A stretch of DNA of 64,000 nt from Octopus bimaculoides (GCF_001194135.2 NC_068990.1:14620925-14684924); one strand, 5' to 3'; counted from the first letter of the stretch, positions 25,401 to 38,630 are shown. Numbers and translations: made by a program. Notes: a model not told the origin generated them from the letters alone.

Positions 25401-28400
25401 TGTTTCTATCTAGAACTCAAAGGAAATTACTATTTCCTTCAACCTTTGCTTTCCTGACTTGGACGTCAATGTTTTGAAACTGACCTATTTTCCATTACAT
25501 TTCAAACAGATTCAACACTGAGTTGCTGAGGCAGAAATAACGTTATAGCAAATGTTCTGCTCAATACCACAGATCTGCTTGACCACAACCAGTTGAGCAT
25601 GTCCCTTAGTGGTTGACAATATGTGTATCCCTGATCAGGAGTAGTGGGGGACATCATAGCTGTGTACTGAGAAGGATTCTTTGGGGTTTGAATAAATGTA
25701 ACAAAAGCAAGGTTTAAAGAAAATATAAACCCTTTTCATACTTTCTAAGGGTAAGCAAATAGAAAATAACAGCTGCTACCTAAAGGCTAACAACATAGCC
25801 TGTTTGCATCAACATGGTTTGCTAGAAATAGCAGGCAAATTTCCTTAAAATTACACACAACCACCTTCAAAAAAAATAAAATAAAACTACATTATGTAAT
25901 GTAGTTCTTGATATAGATACGCTATGTCTAAAAATGAAATAAGATGGTCAAGGCAGATCTCAAGGACTATTTACCAGGTTTGAACAGAAGCCAAACAACC
26001 TAAGTTTTATGCGTGTGTAAACAAAAGCCTTCTGTCAAGATTATTTTAACCCTCTTAATACCAATTAGCCTAAAACCACCTGTTCTACAACACGAACTTC
26101 TAGATTAAGAGTGATCTAAAAACCTTCCATCATAATGACAAGATGGTTCTAAACGCTTTTAATGACTAAGGTCTTTTACAAGATTCTTCACTGTTTTCAA
26201 AATTCATTGAAACAAAGCAGTTAAATATGGCAACAGAAAGGTTAATTCAAGCATTCTGGTATGAGGGAAAATAACTCCAAATCTGATCCTTACTATATCC
26301 CTATGAACAACCTTCTGTGAGAATTAAACTATCATATAGAAGAAACTGAAGCTGAACACAACTGGATGGCTTTTAAGATTAGTTCTTTTCAAGTGATAAA
26401 GAAATGAAATAACAATGTCAGTGGGGAATACTAGTAACTATTTTGGGAGGGTCATTTATAATGTAGTGATGGAAAATAAAATAAAAAAATAGTATTGATA
26501 GTTATGCTAAGGAAAATAATAAAAATTAGTACAAAACAGAAGTTGGGGGAAGATATTGAAGAATGTCTAGATATTACACTGTCAAAATTATTTTAATACA
26601 AAAAGTGTGAAATTCTAACAATTCAATCAAGTCCCATGAAATAAAGAATTTTTGAAGAAAAACAACAAAAATCATCACTTTCTTTAGTGACAGTTTTTTT
26701 TTTTCTTTCATGTGCAAAAGAAAATCACAACCAATGTGTTTGGAAAGGAAATAACAGTCATATATATATACATATATATATACATTTACATCTATTTCAT
26801 AAATGGTACAAAAATTTAACATGATCCTATTGTAGCCAGTAATAAACAAAAAATGAACAAAACTTATATAACAAAGACTTATTTACAAATGGTACCTAAA
26901 GAAAGCACCACAAAATAACATGTTGAAGAAGGTAATGGTTTCAAATTTCAGTAATTGTTTCACTAATTTTAGGGGCAAAGGTTAAGTCGATTACATCAAT
27001 CCAACCCCAGTACTCAACTGGTATTTTATCAACCCTTAAAAGGATGAAAAGCATAGTCAGCCTCAGTAAAATTTTAATAGAGAACAAAGAGCCAGATGAA
27101 AGGTCACTAGGCATTTTGTCCGAGATGCTAACAATTCTGCTTGTTCACTACCTTAAAAAAAAAGTTTACAAGAATTTAATACCTGAACCTTGTTCAACAA
27201 GCCTCCTCCATCACTACTAATCCAAGACCAGAATAACAGAATTATACATATTTTTATAAAATTTAATTTTTTTTTTTTAAATAATTTTATTTATTTTTGA
27301 GACTTCAGCTCTTCTCACAGATTGAAAATATCTTAACTAGATTAACTTTGGATTTCCTCTACTTCAAAATCCAAACAACCTACTAGTCAAGTAAATTTCC
27401 TATTTACTTTTACCATTTCTCAAACAAAGTATGTATAAATGTTGCATTGCAAATGGTTAAAAAAAAAGATAGTGCCATCATTAATTAAACTAGCAAACTA
27501 CTGCTTGTACTGACTGATGTTCAACCATTCATTAACATAAAGAAGCATCAATGGTTTGAGAAGATCGTTAATCATTGCCTTAATGAAGGCATAAAAAATG
27601 CATTTAATATTACTGTGAAAAAGACAACACTATCTTTCAAAAAAAAAAAAAAAGTTAGACTTTCAAAACCAATATTTTCTGAGTGTGTGTGCATGCATAT
27701 ACATGTGCGTGTGTGTGACAAGACAAAGAAAGAAGACACCAACATTTCAATAAAGTTGTATATAAAGGGGAGACTTGAGGTTTGCAGAAGTGAGAAGTTA
27801 ACTCCTATGGCAATTTTCTTTTGTTTTTTTTTATTATTTGAATTACATTGATAATTACATTAGGCTAAACCTACTTAATCTGCTTGAAAACAAATGGGAG
27901 TTAATGATTGTCCATACACAATACATATTGAAAACATCGACATTTCAAAGAGTACCCACTGACAAATGAATACAATAACCAATCACTTTTCGAGCACCAT
28001 AAAACTTTTATACAATAACAATGATTAAAGAACACAAACACTGATAAATAGACTATGAAACTGGAAGATGACTAGAAAAAAAAACAAGCTAATCTGCAAC
28101 AAGTAGGTTCCCAACATTGTACTTAAGTTTGCAAAACCAAATAAATAAGCATGTTCTAATAGAGTAACCTGCAACTACATCATTAGTCTCGTAAGTATAA
28201 TGACATTTAAGCATTAACACAATGTTAGATGCTGCTTAACTGCTGAGGTAGCTGCAACATGGTATCATTTAGTGAAAGTTTAATTTACTCACTACTGAAA
28301 AATTCAGTTAAGGCATTTCACTTCTAAGATAACAGCAACTGAAATAGGTTTCACAAATTCACAAGAAGCTAACTTTAAAATTTCTGGTGAATGAACTGAA

Positions 28401-28419
28401 TTACAGTCTAAAATAGCAC

Positions 28420-28435
28420 TCATAAAACCATCTTC
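28420..28435 (-). CDS. Probable terminal coding exon (V)KMVL-stop, followed by a T-rich 3' UTR
   Basis: Acceptor gtgtccttttacag| at 28435. Phase 2 gives stop TGA at 28422-28420. An alternative phase-0 reading stays open to 28304. AATAAA candidates on the minus strand at 27286-27295. Confidence 0.55.
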
Positions 28436-29882
28436 CTGTAAAAGGACACAGCTTCAAACATTTCAAATCAATCAAACCCACTTCCTTCAATTTTTTTTTT
28501 TAAAAGAAAAGTTCCAATTAATTTCAGACACAAGCATCTATATAAAGAGAGGTTATTAAAGAAACTTGATAACTATACTGTTTTAGTGGATTAAAAAAAA
28601 AATGTCAAACTTGGGAATCAGACAAGGATGTTATACCAACAAAACAATTTGGTGCGGGGAGATGGAATTACTTTCAAAATGTCACTTATGCAATACCATA
28701 ACTTGCTTCTGGAGAAATAAGAGATGGGAACATGAATTTTTGCTTATTTTTAAACTTTTTTTTTTTAAGAATCTTGACTGATAAACTTTTTGTCAAAAAC
28801 AAAGATATTTTCATTTGATTTTTAAATTAAATTACTTTGCTTCACATTCAGAAGAGACAAGAGACTAAATATGAACAAAAACATTTATGATAAATAAAAA
28901 TTCTAAAAGTAGAAAATAAATCTTTAATTTTATCTACAAAATATCATTTTAAAGCTAAAATTTTCATAAACTGTGATTAGTAAAAACAAACAAAAAGAAA
29001 GTTTTGGAAATAAATATATAAGCCTATAAAATATTAGAAATAATATTTCTTTCCCAGGCACATGGCCTAAAACTTTGAGGGAGAGAGCCAGTTGATTACA
29101 TCAACCCCAGTGCTCAACTGATACTTATTTCATCAATCCCAAAAGGAAGACAAGCCAAGTCAACCTTGGCAGCATTTGAAATCAGAGCCGAAAGAATGCC
29201 ACTAAGAGCTTTGTCTGACATGCTGACGATTCTGCCAGCTCGCTACCTTTAATCTGAGAAATAATGATGAAATTAAATATTTTGGAATGTATTTTTTATC
29301 TCAATTCAGAAAAGCATTTGCAAAAACAGAGAAACAAAAGTAGTTCATTTTCTACTCACAAAACAGTACATTTTGTGCAGTTACATATTCCCAGGTAAGA
29401 GAAATGTCATATAATCACCAAAGACACTAAGACAAAATCAGGAAAGTCAGATCACAGAAGGAACATTGAATAAACTTTAGAGAAACTGCTAGCCTTGAAA
29501 ATAAGAATAACTCGAGGAAATATTGAAAGAAATAGTAAGAAAAAATCAACAAAAGCTACAAGTATTTACTTCAGTGTCTTAAATAGTTATCTTAAAACTT
29601 ATTGAATGCAAAATAATAAATAAATAAAAATTAAGGGGAAAATGTCAGAGTTATTCTTGTTTTTGTGTAACACTTGAGAAAATAATTTCTAAATGTATGT
29701 AAAAGCATTTTATTTTCCTCAACCAACTGTGGTTTTTGTAGGAAAATAGTATTACTCCAGTATTAATCCAAGTGCTTATTTTCACTTTGACCTGATTTAA
29801 CATAGAAATTTAACATGGTCCAGTATACCACAGGAACATAGCAATACTTGATCTTTTTATTTCTTCTTCTTCTTCTTCTTAC

Positions 29883-29968
29883 ACCAATGAATTGACTTGC
29901 CTGGTCTTTGTAATTATGTACGGAGAAGGATTATCTCCATTATAAGGGAAAACATGATCCTGAGGTCG
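29883..29968 (-). CDS. Coding exon 6 (RPQDHVFPYNGDNPSPYIITKTRQVNSL+GT)
   Basis: Acceptor tttttttcttattttcag|, donor GGT|GTAAGA. 86 nt, open only in phase 0. Confidence 0.85.
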
Positions 29969-30684
29969 CTGAAAATAAGAAAAAAAATTAAATAGATGTG
30001 TGTGTGTGTGTGAGTACATAGATGCATAAAATGTGTGGATTTTAAAACTGATAACCCTACTTAATCTTTATAGTGGTTGCCTACCTTCCCTCCCTTTTCC
30101 TATTTCCCCCTAATTCATGTAAACCCTTACCAATCCACACTCCTAGTTTCTCTGTCCCAACCCACTTCTACTCACCCTTATACTTTGAGGTGGGAGCCAC
30201 TTGGATACAGCAAAAACTTGCTTTGCTCCACTCACTTCTTTCATACCTTGACTTATCTCCTAACAAAAAGCCACCTACCTTCTCAGATTTCATAGCCTTG
30301 CAAACCACATGGCAACCTCACTCATGCCAGTGGCATGAAAAAAAAAAGCATACAGAACACCCTGTAAACTGGTTGACATTAGGGAAGGCATCCAGCTGTA
30401 GAAACCATGCCAAAGCGGACTTTGGAGTACTTGGACATAATGGATCCTGTCAAACTGTCCAACCCACACCAGCTTGGAACATGGATGCTAAATGATGATG
30501 ATTCTAGTTTTGTGACTTTCTATGAAGATGGTCTAACAAAAGTTTTAATTTAATTTTAAAATTTTTAATTAAATTCAAAAATCTTCAATTATATAACTGA
30601 TTGTGCAAATGGCACATAAAAGCACCTATTACACTCTCAGAGTGGTTGACATTAGGAAGGGCATCCAACTGTAGAAAACCATGC

Positions 30685-31220
30685 GGATCTTTTTTAAAAC
30701 GGGGGCCACATTTTTCATTAACGAAACACTTTGAAACTTGGATCACTGGTAGAATGTGTCATATAAAACATCTTTTTCTCTTAGTCTTCTTAAAAAAAAA
30801 AGAAATCCATAAACTATTCCATGTTAAAGTTGTCGTATTTCTGTAATTTCAACCAATCACTGACGTCCATTCAGCCGATATACATTAAGTGCCGACTACA
30901 TAAACAAACGATTCTGAAACAATTAACCCTAACCCTAGGGTTAGGGTTGAAGCAAATTTAAAATGAAAAAAGCAAATAAAACGAAGAATCGTTTGTTTAT
31001 GTAGTCGGCACTTAATGTATATCGGCTGAATGGACGTCAGTGATTGGTTGAAATTATCGAAATAAGACAATTTTTTACATGAAATAAATTCGAATACAAA
31101 AATATTTTTCTGTTCTATAACACAAAATAGATAAGTATACGAAGTTTGAAAGTCTTTCGGTACCAAAAGCACTACGTAAAACATTAATGAAAAATGTGGC
31201 CCCCGTTTTAAAAAAGATCC
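30685..31220. mobile_element. Merlin-like fold-back MITE with telomeric core, copy 2 (complete, 536 bp, opposite orientation)
   Basis: Perfect 37-bp TIRs, 8-bp TSD AACCATGC, perfect 72-bp inner inverted repeat (30844-30915 / 30985-31056), 24-bp telomeric palindrome 30925-30948. Confidence 0.93.
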
Positions 31221-31513
31221 AACCATGCCAAATCAGACTGGAGTGATGCAGCCTTCCAACTTACCAGCCCTGGTCAAACCGTCCAACCCATGCCAGCGTA
31301 GATAACAGACGTTAAATGATGGTGATGATGAAAGGCAGCAAGGTACCAGACTGAATGATGGCAACACTTTCCACTATTCACCGAGTTCAAGGTATACAAG
31401 AATTGCTAAATACTAGGATCAGCATACTACCAACACATCCTCTAGAAATTTGATATTTTGTCAAAAGAAATTGAATTTGTCCATAAGAATATGTGATGAA
31501 ATTTAAGTCTTAC

Positions 31514-31626
31514 TTTCCGTAAAATTGGTTTTAAAGGGGTGCTGCAATTCGGTCGCTGTTTCTCAACAGAGTCACAGTCTTGTTCAAGATGTTTGTTCCA
31601 TTTCAGATGACGAGGTGTTCTGGGAG
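31514..31626 (-). CDS. Coding exon 5 (PPRTPRHLKWNKHLEQDCDSVEKQRPNCSTPLKPILRK)
   Basis: Acceptor ttttgtattattttgatag|, donor AAA|GTAAGA. 113 nt, phase 1 to 0; lies in track ORF 31442-31633. Confidence 0.88.
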
Positions 31627-33243
31627 CTATCAAAATAATACAAAAAAAGGGATAAAATAAATTGTATATTCAACAAAATACCGACAACTGAAAACAAGAA
31701 TTTCAGCAAAAAGTGGTTTTATCAACGTTCAGACACTTAGGAATTTAAATCTTAAAACACAAATTCTTTTCTCATAAAGTCAACCTAATTTCCAGTTCAA
31801 AACAATCTAATTACATTATATGTTTCTAAAAATGTCAGAACTTTACGTTTTTCTAATTCATCCATCTAGATTATGCTGGAGCAAATGTTTAGGCAACTGC
31901 ATAGCTAGCTTTCATCTAAGCACATAATCACGAACCAAAAGAATTCATTTCGTAAGTTATTCAAACTTAGGCAGAGTTATGTACCTTGCTTGAGGTTACA
32001 ATACCGTAACTAAAACAATGTTAGCACACTTGACCTCGCAGTCAGAGCTTTAATCCCACGGCCACTCAATCATCAAGAACACTAAAGTTTGCTTCTAAAC
32101 TAGGCAACTAAGTACAAAAGTTACAAATTAAAAATAGATGCCTCAATATTTCCCACACTTGACATAACTTTCATCCGTCCAAGATTGAAAATTTAAATAC
32201 CTTCATATTTCTGTTATAAATTTGTACTAGTGTATCAATATTTCTTTTAATCTTGTATTTGTTTCATTCATCTGATTGTGACCATGCTGGAGCATCAACT
32301 TAAAGGGTCTTAGTCGAACAAATGAACCCCAGGACTTATTCTTTGTAAGCCTAGTACTTATTCTATCAGTACCTTTTGCTGAACAGCCAAGTTATGGGGA
32401 CATAAACACACCAACACTGGTTGTGAAGCAGTGATAGGTGGGACACACACACACACACACACAACAGGCTTTTTTCAGATTCTGTCTATCAAATCCACTC
32501 ACAAGGCTTTGGTTGGCCTGAGGATACAGCAGAAGACATTTGCCCAAGGCGCCACGCAGTGGGACTGAACCCAGAACCATGTGGTTGGGAAGCAAGCTTC
32601 TTACCACGCAGTCATGCTTGTGCCTGTATACTGATGTTTTGTTTCTTTTGCTTGTTTTTTTCTTTTCCTCACTTGAAATATGGAATTCAAATATTCTCAT
32701 GCTTTGAAAGACACACTATTCAAATCAGTGGCATTAATCACATATTGATGATTTAAGAAGATTAATTTCATCACAAATTATAGGAAATAATAATTGATAC
32801 ATTCTAAGATCGATCCATTGACTGATTTATTCCTATTTTATTGTTTTTCTCAATATATTCTAAATAATGGAAGGAGATGCGTAACAAATTAATATATAAC
32901 ATTGCAGATCTGGATAGTATCCACATCAAACTCCCATTGTGACATGACCCAGTAAAGAAACATGCATACAGTATATAATTTATATTCACTGGCCTTGGTG
33001 CAGATTTGGTTATAATTATATAAATATAGATATATATATATAAAAGGATAACATTTGTTTTTATAAGTGTCAAAATGTGTATTGAAGAATACAAATTAAA
33101 CGATATTTTTTACGAATGTAGAATTGCCATTAGAATAGCAGAAATACTGAGTAAATTACCCTTACAAAGTGGAAAAAATTTGTCAATAACCAGCCGGCCA
33201 GCCAGTTAACAGATTTTTCGAAAAAATATCATTTAATTTATAT

Positions 33244-33480
33244 GTGCAAGAGAGACGATTGCGCTGGTATGGACATGTGGTGAGAATGGATGAGGATAGC
33301 TGCCTGAAAAAGTGCCACATCCTAACAGTTGAGGGAACCCGTGGAAGAGGTAGGCCCAGGAAGACTTGGGCTGAGGTGGTGAGGCAAGACCTTCGTACAT
33401 TGGGCCTCACCGAGGCGATGACTACTGACTGAGACCTTTGGAAATGTGCTGTGCGTGAGAAGACCCGGCAAGCCAAGTAA
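33244..33480 (+). mobile_element. RTE-clade LINE 3' fragment
   Basis: QERRLRWYGHVVRMDEDSCLKKC...EGTRGRGRPRKTW is the RTE ORF C-terminal signature (RLRWxGHVxR...RGRPRKTW). Confidence 0.9.
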
Positions 33481-34087
33481 GATTGTTGCCAGTGCCCCTG
33501 GACTGGCTCTTGTGCGGGTGGCACATAAGATGCACCATTTTGAGCGTGGCCGTTGCCAGTACCGCCTGGCTGGCCTTCGTNNNNNNNNNNNNNNNNNNNN
33601 NNNNNNNNNNNNNNNNNNNNNNNNNNNNNNNNNNNNNNNNNNNNNNNNNNNNNNNNNNNNNNNNNGGCACATAAAAGACACCATTTCGAGCGTGGCCATT
33701 GCCAGTATCGCCTGACTGGCCTTCGTGCAGGTGACACGTAAAAGCACCTACTACACTCTCTGAGTGGTTGGCGTTAGGAAGGGCATCCAGCTGTAGAAAC
33801 TCTGCCAAATTTAGATTGGAGCCTGGTGTTGCCATCCGGTTTCACCAGTCTTCAGTCAAATCGTCCAACCCATGCTAGCATGGAAAGCCGACGTTAAACG
33901 ATGATGATGTATAAATGTGGAGTAATAAAGACATCAGTTATTCACTACTGGTTATTACTATAAATGCTTAGGTTTATAGCAATTTCTCACCAGGTTTTGT
34001 TTTTGCTATCAACTCATAATAGTAACTAAGATGCATCAAGAATGGTTAATGTTGTATGAAGGGAACAGATTTTTATTCTTTACTTAC

Positions 34088-34199
34088 GAGGAAAGACAGT
34101 AAATTCTTCAAATGATTGGCCAATCTGAACACGAGGGGCCACCTGTTGTCCATTGCATGTTGTATGAATCCAGGTAATTTCATCTAACTCAGCTTCTGA
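34088..34199 (-). CDS. Coding exon 4 (SEAELDEITWIHTTCNGQQVAPRVQIGQSFEEFTVFP)
   Basis: Acceptor tttcaatctattttccag|, donor CTC|GTAAGT. 112 nt, phase 0 to 1. Confidence 0.88.
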
Positions 34200-34429
34200 C
34201 TGGAAAATAGATTGAAACAGGAAAAAATTATTGTACACAGCAGTTCTGGTAGTTCTGTCTTAATAAATATTAAAGCCTTCACAACTTAATGTTTTTGTTA
34301 CCATATTTTTGTCAAAATGCACTGCATTTGTTTCAATTAATTTTGGAAATAATGTATTTAAGTAAAACAACCTTGTCATTAATAAATCAGGATTTGAAAC
34401 ATAAATCAAGATAAAATTTTGACAGAAGT

Positions 34430-34604
34430 GGCGCAGGAGTGGCTGTGTAGTAAGTAGCTTGTTTACCAACCACATGGTTCCGGGTTCAGTCCCACTGCGT
34501 GGCACCTTGGGCAAGTGCCTTCTACTATAACCTCGGCCCAATCAAAGCTTTGTGAGTGGATTTGGTAGACGGAAACTGAAAGAAGCCTGTCGTATATATG
34601 TGTA

Positions 34605-34654
<50 letters not shown>

Positions 34655-34875
34655 TGTTTGTGTTTGTTCCCCCACCACCACCACCATCGCTTGACAACAG
34701 ATGCTGGTGTGTTTACGTTCCCGTAACTTAGCGGTTTGGCAAAAAGAGACCAATAGAATAAGGACTAGGCTTCCAAAGAATAAGTCCCGGGGTCGATTTG
34801 CTCGACTAAAGGTGGTGCTCCAGCATGGCCGCAGTCAAATGACTGAAACAAGCAAAAGACTAAAAGAGTAAAGAG
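34430..34875 (+). mobile_element. SINE family C, full length (GCAGGAGTGGCTGTG head, internal microsatellite, GTAAAAGA tail)
   Basis: About 20 copies in the window, e.g. 5978-6255, 6340-6560, 7010-7165, 32255-32624, 35365-35700, 47330-47965, 50700-50850, 51553-51990, 62125-62435, 63188-63560. Confidence 0.9.
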
Positions 34876-35542
34876 AAGGTTTTAAATTAGATCATTTTTT
34901 TTAAAACAGAAAGTGAATATCATAGAATTAAGGATTCTTGGGTGGTTTGGTTTCGAAAGGGTTAAAGAATTTCCACTTAAGAGAGATCTAAGAAGATAAG
35001 ATCAACAATCAGAGAATTGAGATTTCAACACTCATTACCTCAACTGCAATGAAGTTAAATTCTTATGCTATCTCGAGTATTTATCTCAGAAATTCTATCA
35101 CACTAAGACTAAACAATTACCATAGGAATACTCTCAAACAGAGTTGACCTAAGGCAACAAACAATCATTCATTTGCTGTGTGTTGTTCTCTATACTGTTT
35201 ATTCTATTATGCTGGCAAAGACTGGATTACTATCGAATTTAGATAAACACATTACTAAGAATAATTCTTTCACGGGTCCATGAAGTACTTTCGTAAATTT
35301 TACTTCAAAAGTGAAATGAGAAGGCGAAAGTTTAGCAAAATCATTTTTATTCTCTTTTATATATTTTGTTTCAGTCAGATTGGGCCATGCTGGGGCATCA
35401 CCTTGAAGAATTTTTTCTTAATCAAATGAATCAACCCCAATACATCTTTGTTTTTAAGACTGATACTTATTTTATCAGCCTCTTGATAAACTGCTAAATT
35501 ATGGGGATGTAAGCACATCAACACAAGGACACACACACACAC

Positions 35543-35576
<34 letters not shown>

Positions 35577-36659
35577 CAGGCTTCTTTCAGTTTTTGTCCA
35601 CCAAATCCACTTGGTTGACCCAAGGCTATAGTAGAAGGCATGTACCCAAGATGCCACACAGTGGGACTGAGTCTAGAACAATGTGGTTGGGAACTACACA
35701 ACCTGATTATTTAATTTTTGTGTTTGGTTTGCTAGATTCTTGGTGTAAGCTAGTATGTTGAGACATACTCTGCTGTATCTTGGTAGGGTCATTATGCCAA
35801 TAACACACATACTGGTTGTATTTCACTGCTTCATTATTTGTTTGTCAATTGGTTAACTAGTTAACAAAGTAACAAAACGACTTGTAGTAGCGAGATCATA
35901 TCATTGTTGAAATTGTAAATGACATCAAAAGAACTTTGACAAACCTAGCTCATCGACTGATTGACCAAATGCTTAATTGAACAATCAATTAGTTGATTGA
36001 TGAAATAGTAACCAAATGACAAATTATGAAGAAGCGAAATAGAACCAATGTGTGTTTAGTATTGGCATAATGGCTCACCCAAGGTACAACAAAATAACTA
36101 TTTAATATTTATCAACATCTTACGTAATTTTTACATCCACATTTCCATGCTTTTATGGGTGGAACGGAATTTATTGAGGCAGATTTTCTATAGTTGGAGG
36201 CCTTTCTTGTTGCCAACCTCACTTGTTTCCAAGCAAAGTAATATTTTCTCCATGGCCAGACACGTTTTCAACAAAATATTAGAAATGAATTACATTCCTT
36301 TACAACTATCACGATGCCAAGACAAGGACACCCACTGGGCTTCTTTCAGTTTCTATCTACCAAATCCACTCATAAGGCTTTGGTTGGCCCAGGGATAGAA
36401 TAGAAGACATTTACTCATGGTGCCATGCAGTGGGACTGAATCCAAAAGTATGAAACTGGGAAGTAAATTTCTTAACCACACAGGTAACACCTGTGCCACA
36501 GATCATCTAAAATATTTGTAGAGATCACATTCAATCCCATTGTGATCAAATAAAAACTTAACTGTTATACATGTACAATTTATAAGTAACCCCCCTCCAC
36601 ATTTAACAGATTTGTTATGATTTCACAATAAAACTACAAAGTTAAAATGATTTTATTAC

Positions 36660-36743
36660 CAGCTGATCAGGTGGTCGAGAATCACAGCACAATGGTGACA
36701 ACAGTGGACTACTTCTCAGAGAAGAATGTTCATCGCAGACTGA
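36660..36743 (-). CDS. Coding exon 3 (SVCDEHSSLRSSPLLSPLCCDSRPPDQL)
   Basis: Acceptor tttctcatattgcag|, donor CTG|GTAATA. 84 nt, phase 0 to 0, open. Confidence 0.82.
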
Positions 36744-37087
36744 CTGCAATATGAGAAATGGATGAGAAAAATATATGAATTACAAAGATACAACAAAACA
36801 AAAGTTAAAATAAAACGAGTCATTATTTAACACCGATAGTTTTTAAGAAAGTGGGAGGAAAATAGTTGTTAACCAGATATTCATCAATTACAATGGCAAT
36901 CTGCAGCTTACAGAGTTGAACCATACTTTTTTGGGTAGGTATCCAAATGGACTATATTTTTAAGACTATTACATATCTTTGACTGGAACAGAGGGGCCTC
37001 TCAAGATAACAAAATTCAAGTAACAAGTAAGAGTTAACACACCAACAAGGTATGAAAATTAAATACTTTATATCTATACACACACAG

Positions 37088-38199
37088 ACGATATGAGAGG
37101 TATTTGGAAACAATTATCAGTATATTACTCTCTTCAAACCAATAAGGTTTTTATTTCTTTCAGATCCCCCATGGTAGATAAAATCCTAGGACAAAAAAAT
37201 GGAAAGATGAGCAGTTATCTGTTGTCATATGTGAGGAACACAATGATTTAGAAATTTACAACTTTCTAAATGTAAGATCTTTTATACATAAAGTTCAGTT
37301 GTGGATTGGATGCCTCTGACAGGAATGTTTCAATTGTATTAAAAAAATTTGATGTTTAGACCCTATGAGGACACTACAATTCATCCAACAGACTTTAAAA
37401 AATTATCAGATTTCAGAAAATCAATAAGGGTCATTGCCAAGTATTTCTGATGTCAAAGTAGACTACCAGAACCATGGTGCATGAGGACATCCCATACAAG
37501 TTGTATGTATTGACAAGAGGTTGATACATGTCTGCAAAGACAGAGGAAAACCATTTGATCAAAGCCAAGTGGTTACTTAAAGTTAAACCAGCATGAACAT
37601 AGCCTACTTTGGGTCATCTCTACAAAAGAAAAACTTGAACCAAGAGCAAAAAGAGGAGAAATGACAGATGGTTGTGTGCAGATATTTCTGACATCCCTAT
37701 AGCAATGCACACTAAGTTTGCAGCAACTGTGAAGGTTTTTGGGAGTGGTGAGGAACAAAGGTCATGTCATGTCACTTCACATCTTTCCACTACTGGAAAC
37801 ATTCAAGCACTGGATGAATGATATATGCAGAGGAAGGCTTACACTTTTCAACAAGGCTCAGTACTTTTTGACAAAGCCTTCATAGCTCAAGATTGGATGT
37901 CAGACAATCTTTACAATCAGTTAACACCAAAATTGTAAGCTCCAAACTCGCTAGCTTTAAATCCTATTGATTACATCTGCCATCATGTAGGTGATGGTCC
38001 AAAATGAATGAATACCATTTAGTGCAAGCCCTGACGGCGTCATCAAAACTGAAGTTAGATCCATAGACTAATCTTATAGAAAAGCTTGTCAAGAACATGT
38101 GCACAAATTACCATTATTAAAATACATTTGATGTATGCCAGATTAGGGTTGCTTTATCATATTACCAAATATATCCTCAAATACTTCTCACATCTTGTA
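37088..38199 (+). pseudogene. Degenerate Tc1/mariner transposon, DD37D/maT-like transposase remnant
   Basis: Frameshifted translation gives MVHEDIPYKLYV, RWLCADISDIPIAMHTKFAA, AYTFQQGS and APNSLALNPIDY, corresponding to HEDIRYKSY, DRWLC...MHTKFPA, PYVFQQDS and WPPSSPDLNPLDY. Degenerate TIRs at ~37088 and ~38199. Confidence 0.8.
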
Positions 38200-38630
38200 C
38201 ATATTCATACACATTGCATATACACTTACATACATATATACACACACTCATTCGCAAGCAAATGTCATAACAAAAGATTACACACACATTCAAATACCAT
38301 CAACAACATCATTTTGCATCCACTTTCCATGGGTTGGATGGGTGCCATAGTTTAAGTCAGTACATGCAAACAAGTTGATGGACAGCATCTTGCTCATGAG
38401 TTTCATTTCTGGCTTGCTTTCTACAGCTAGATATTCTTCCCAATGCCAAGCACTTTTAAAGTGTACTGGGAGTATTTTACCTACCAAATTCACATACAAG
38501 AGATTGGTTAGCCTGGAGATGTAGCAGAATTAAACATGTTCACATTCCCTAAGAACGATATGTCCCCTAGCTCTGTGCTTTCAAAGCATAGAGAGATCTA
38601 AAAAAAAAAATCCCTTACTTGTAAAACAAG

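Noticed and set aside
29300-29400. Plus-strand donor CAG|GTAAGA suggesting an antisense gene
   Set aside because: No coherent series of plus-strand exons found; isolated splice-like motifs are expected by chance.
37163-37270. Plus-strand exon-like segment (tttcag|ATCCCCC...AAAT|gtaag)
   Set aside because: All three frames hit stops, and it lies inside the DD37D transposon remnant.
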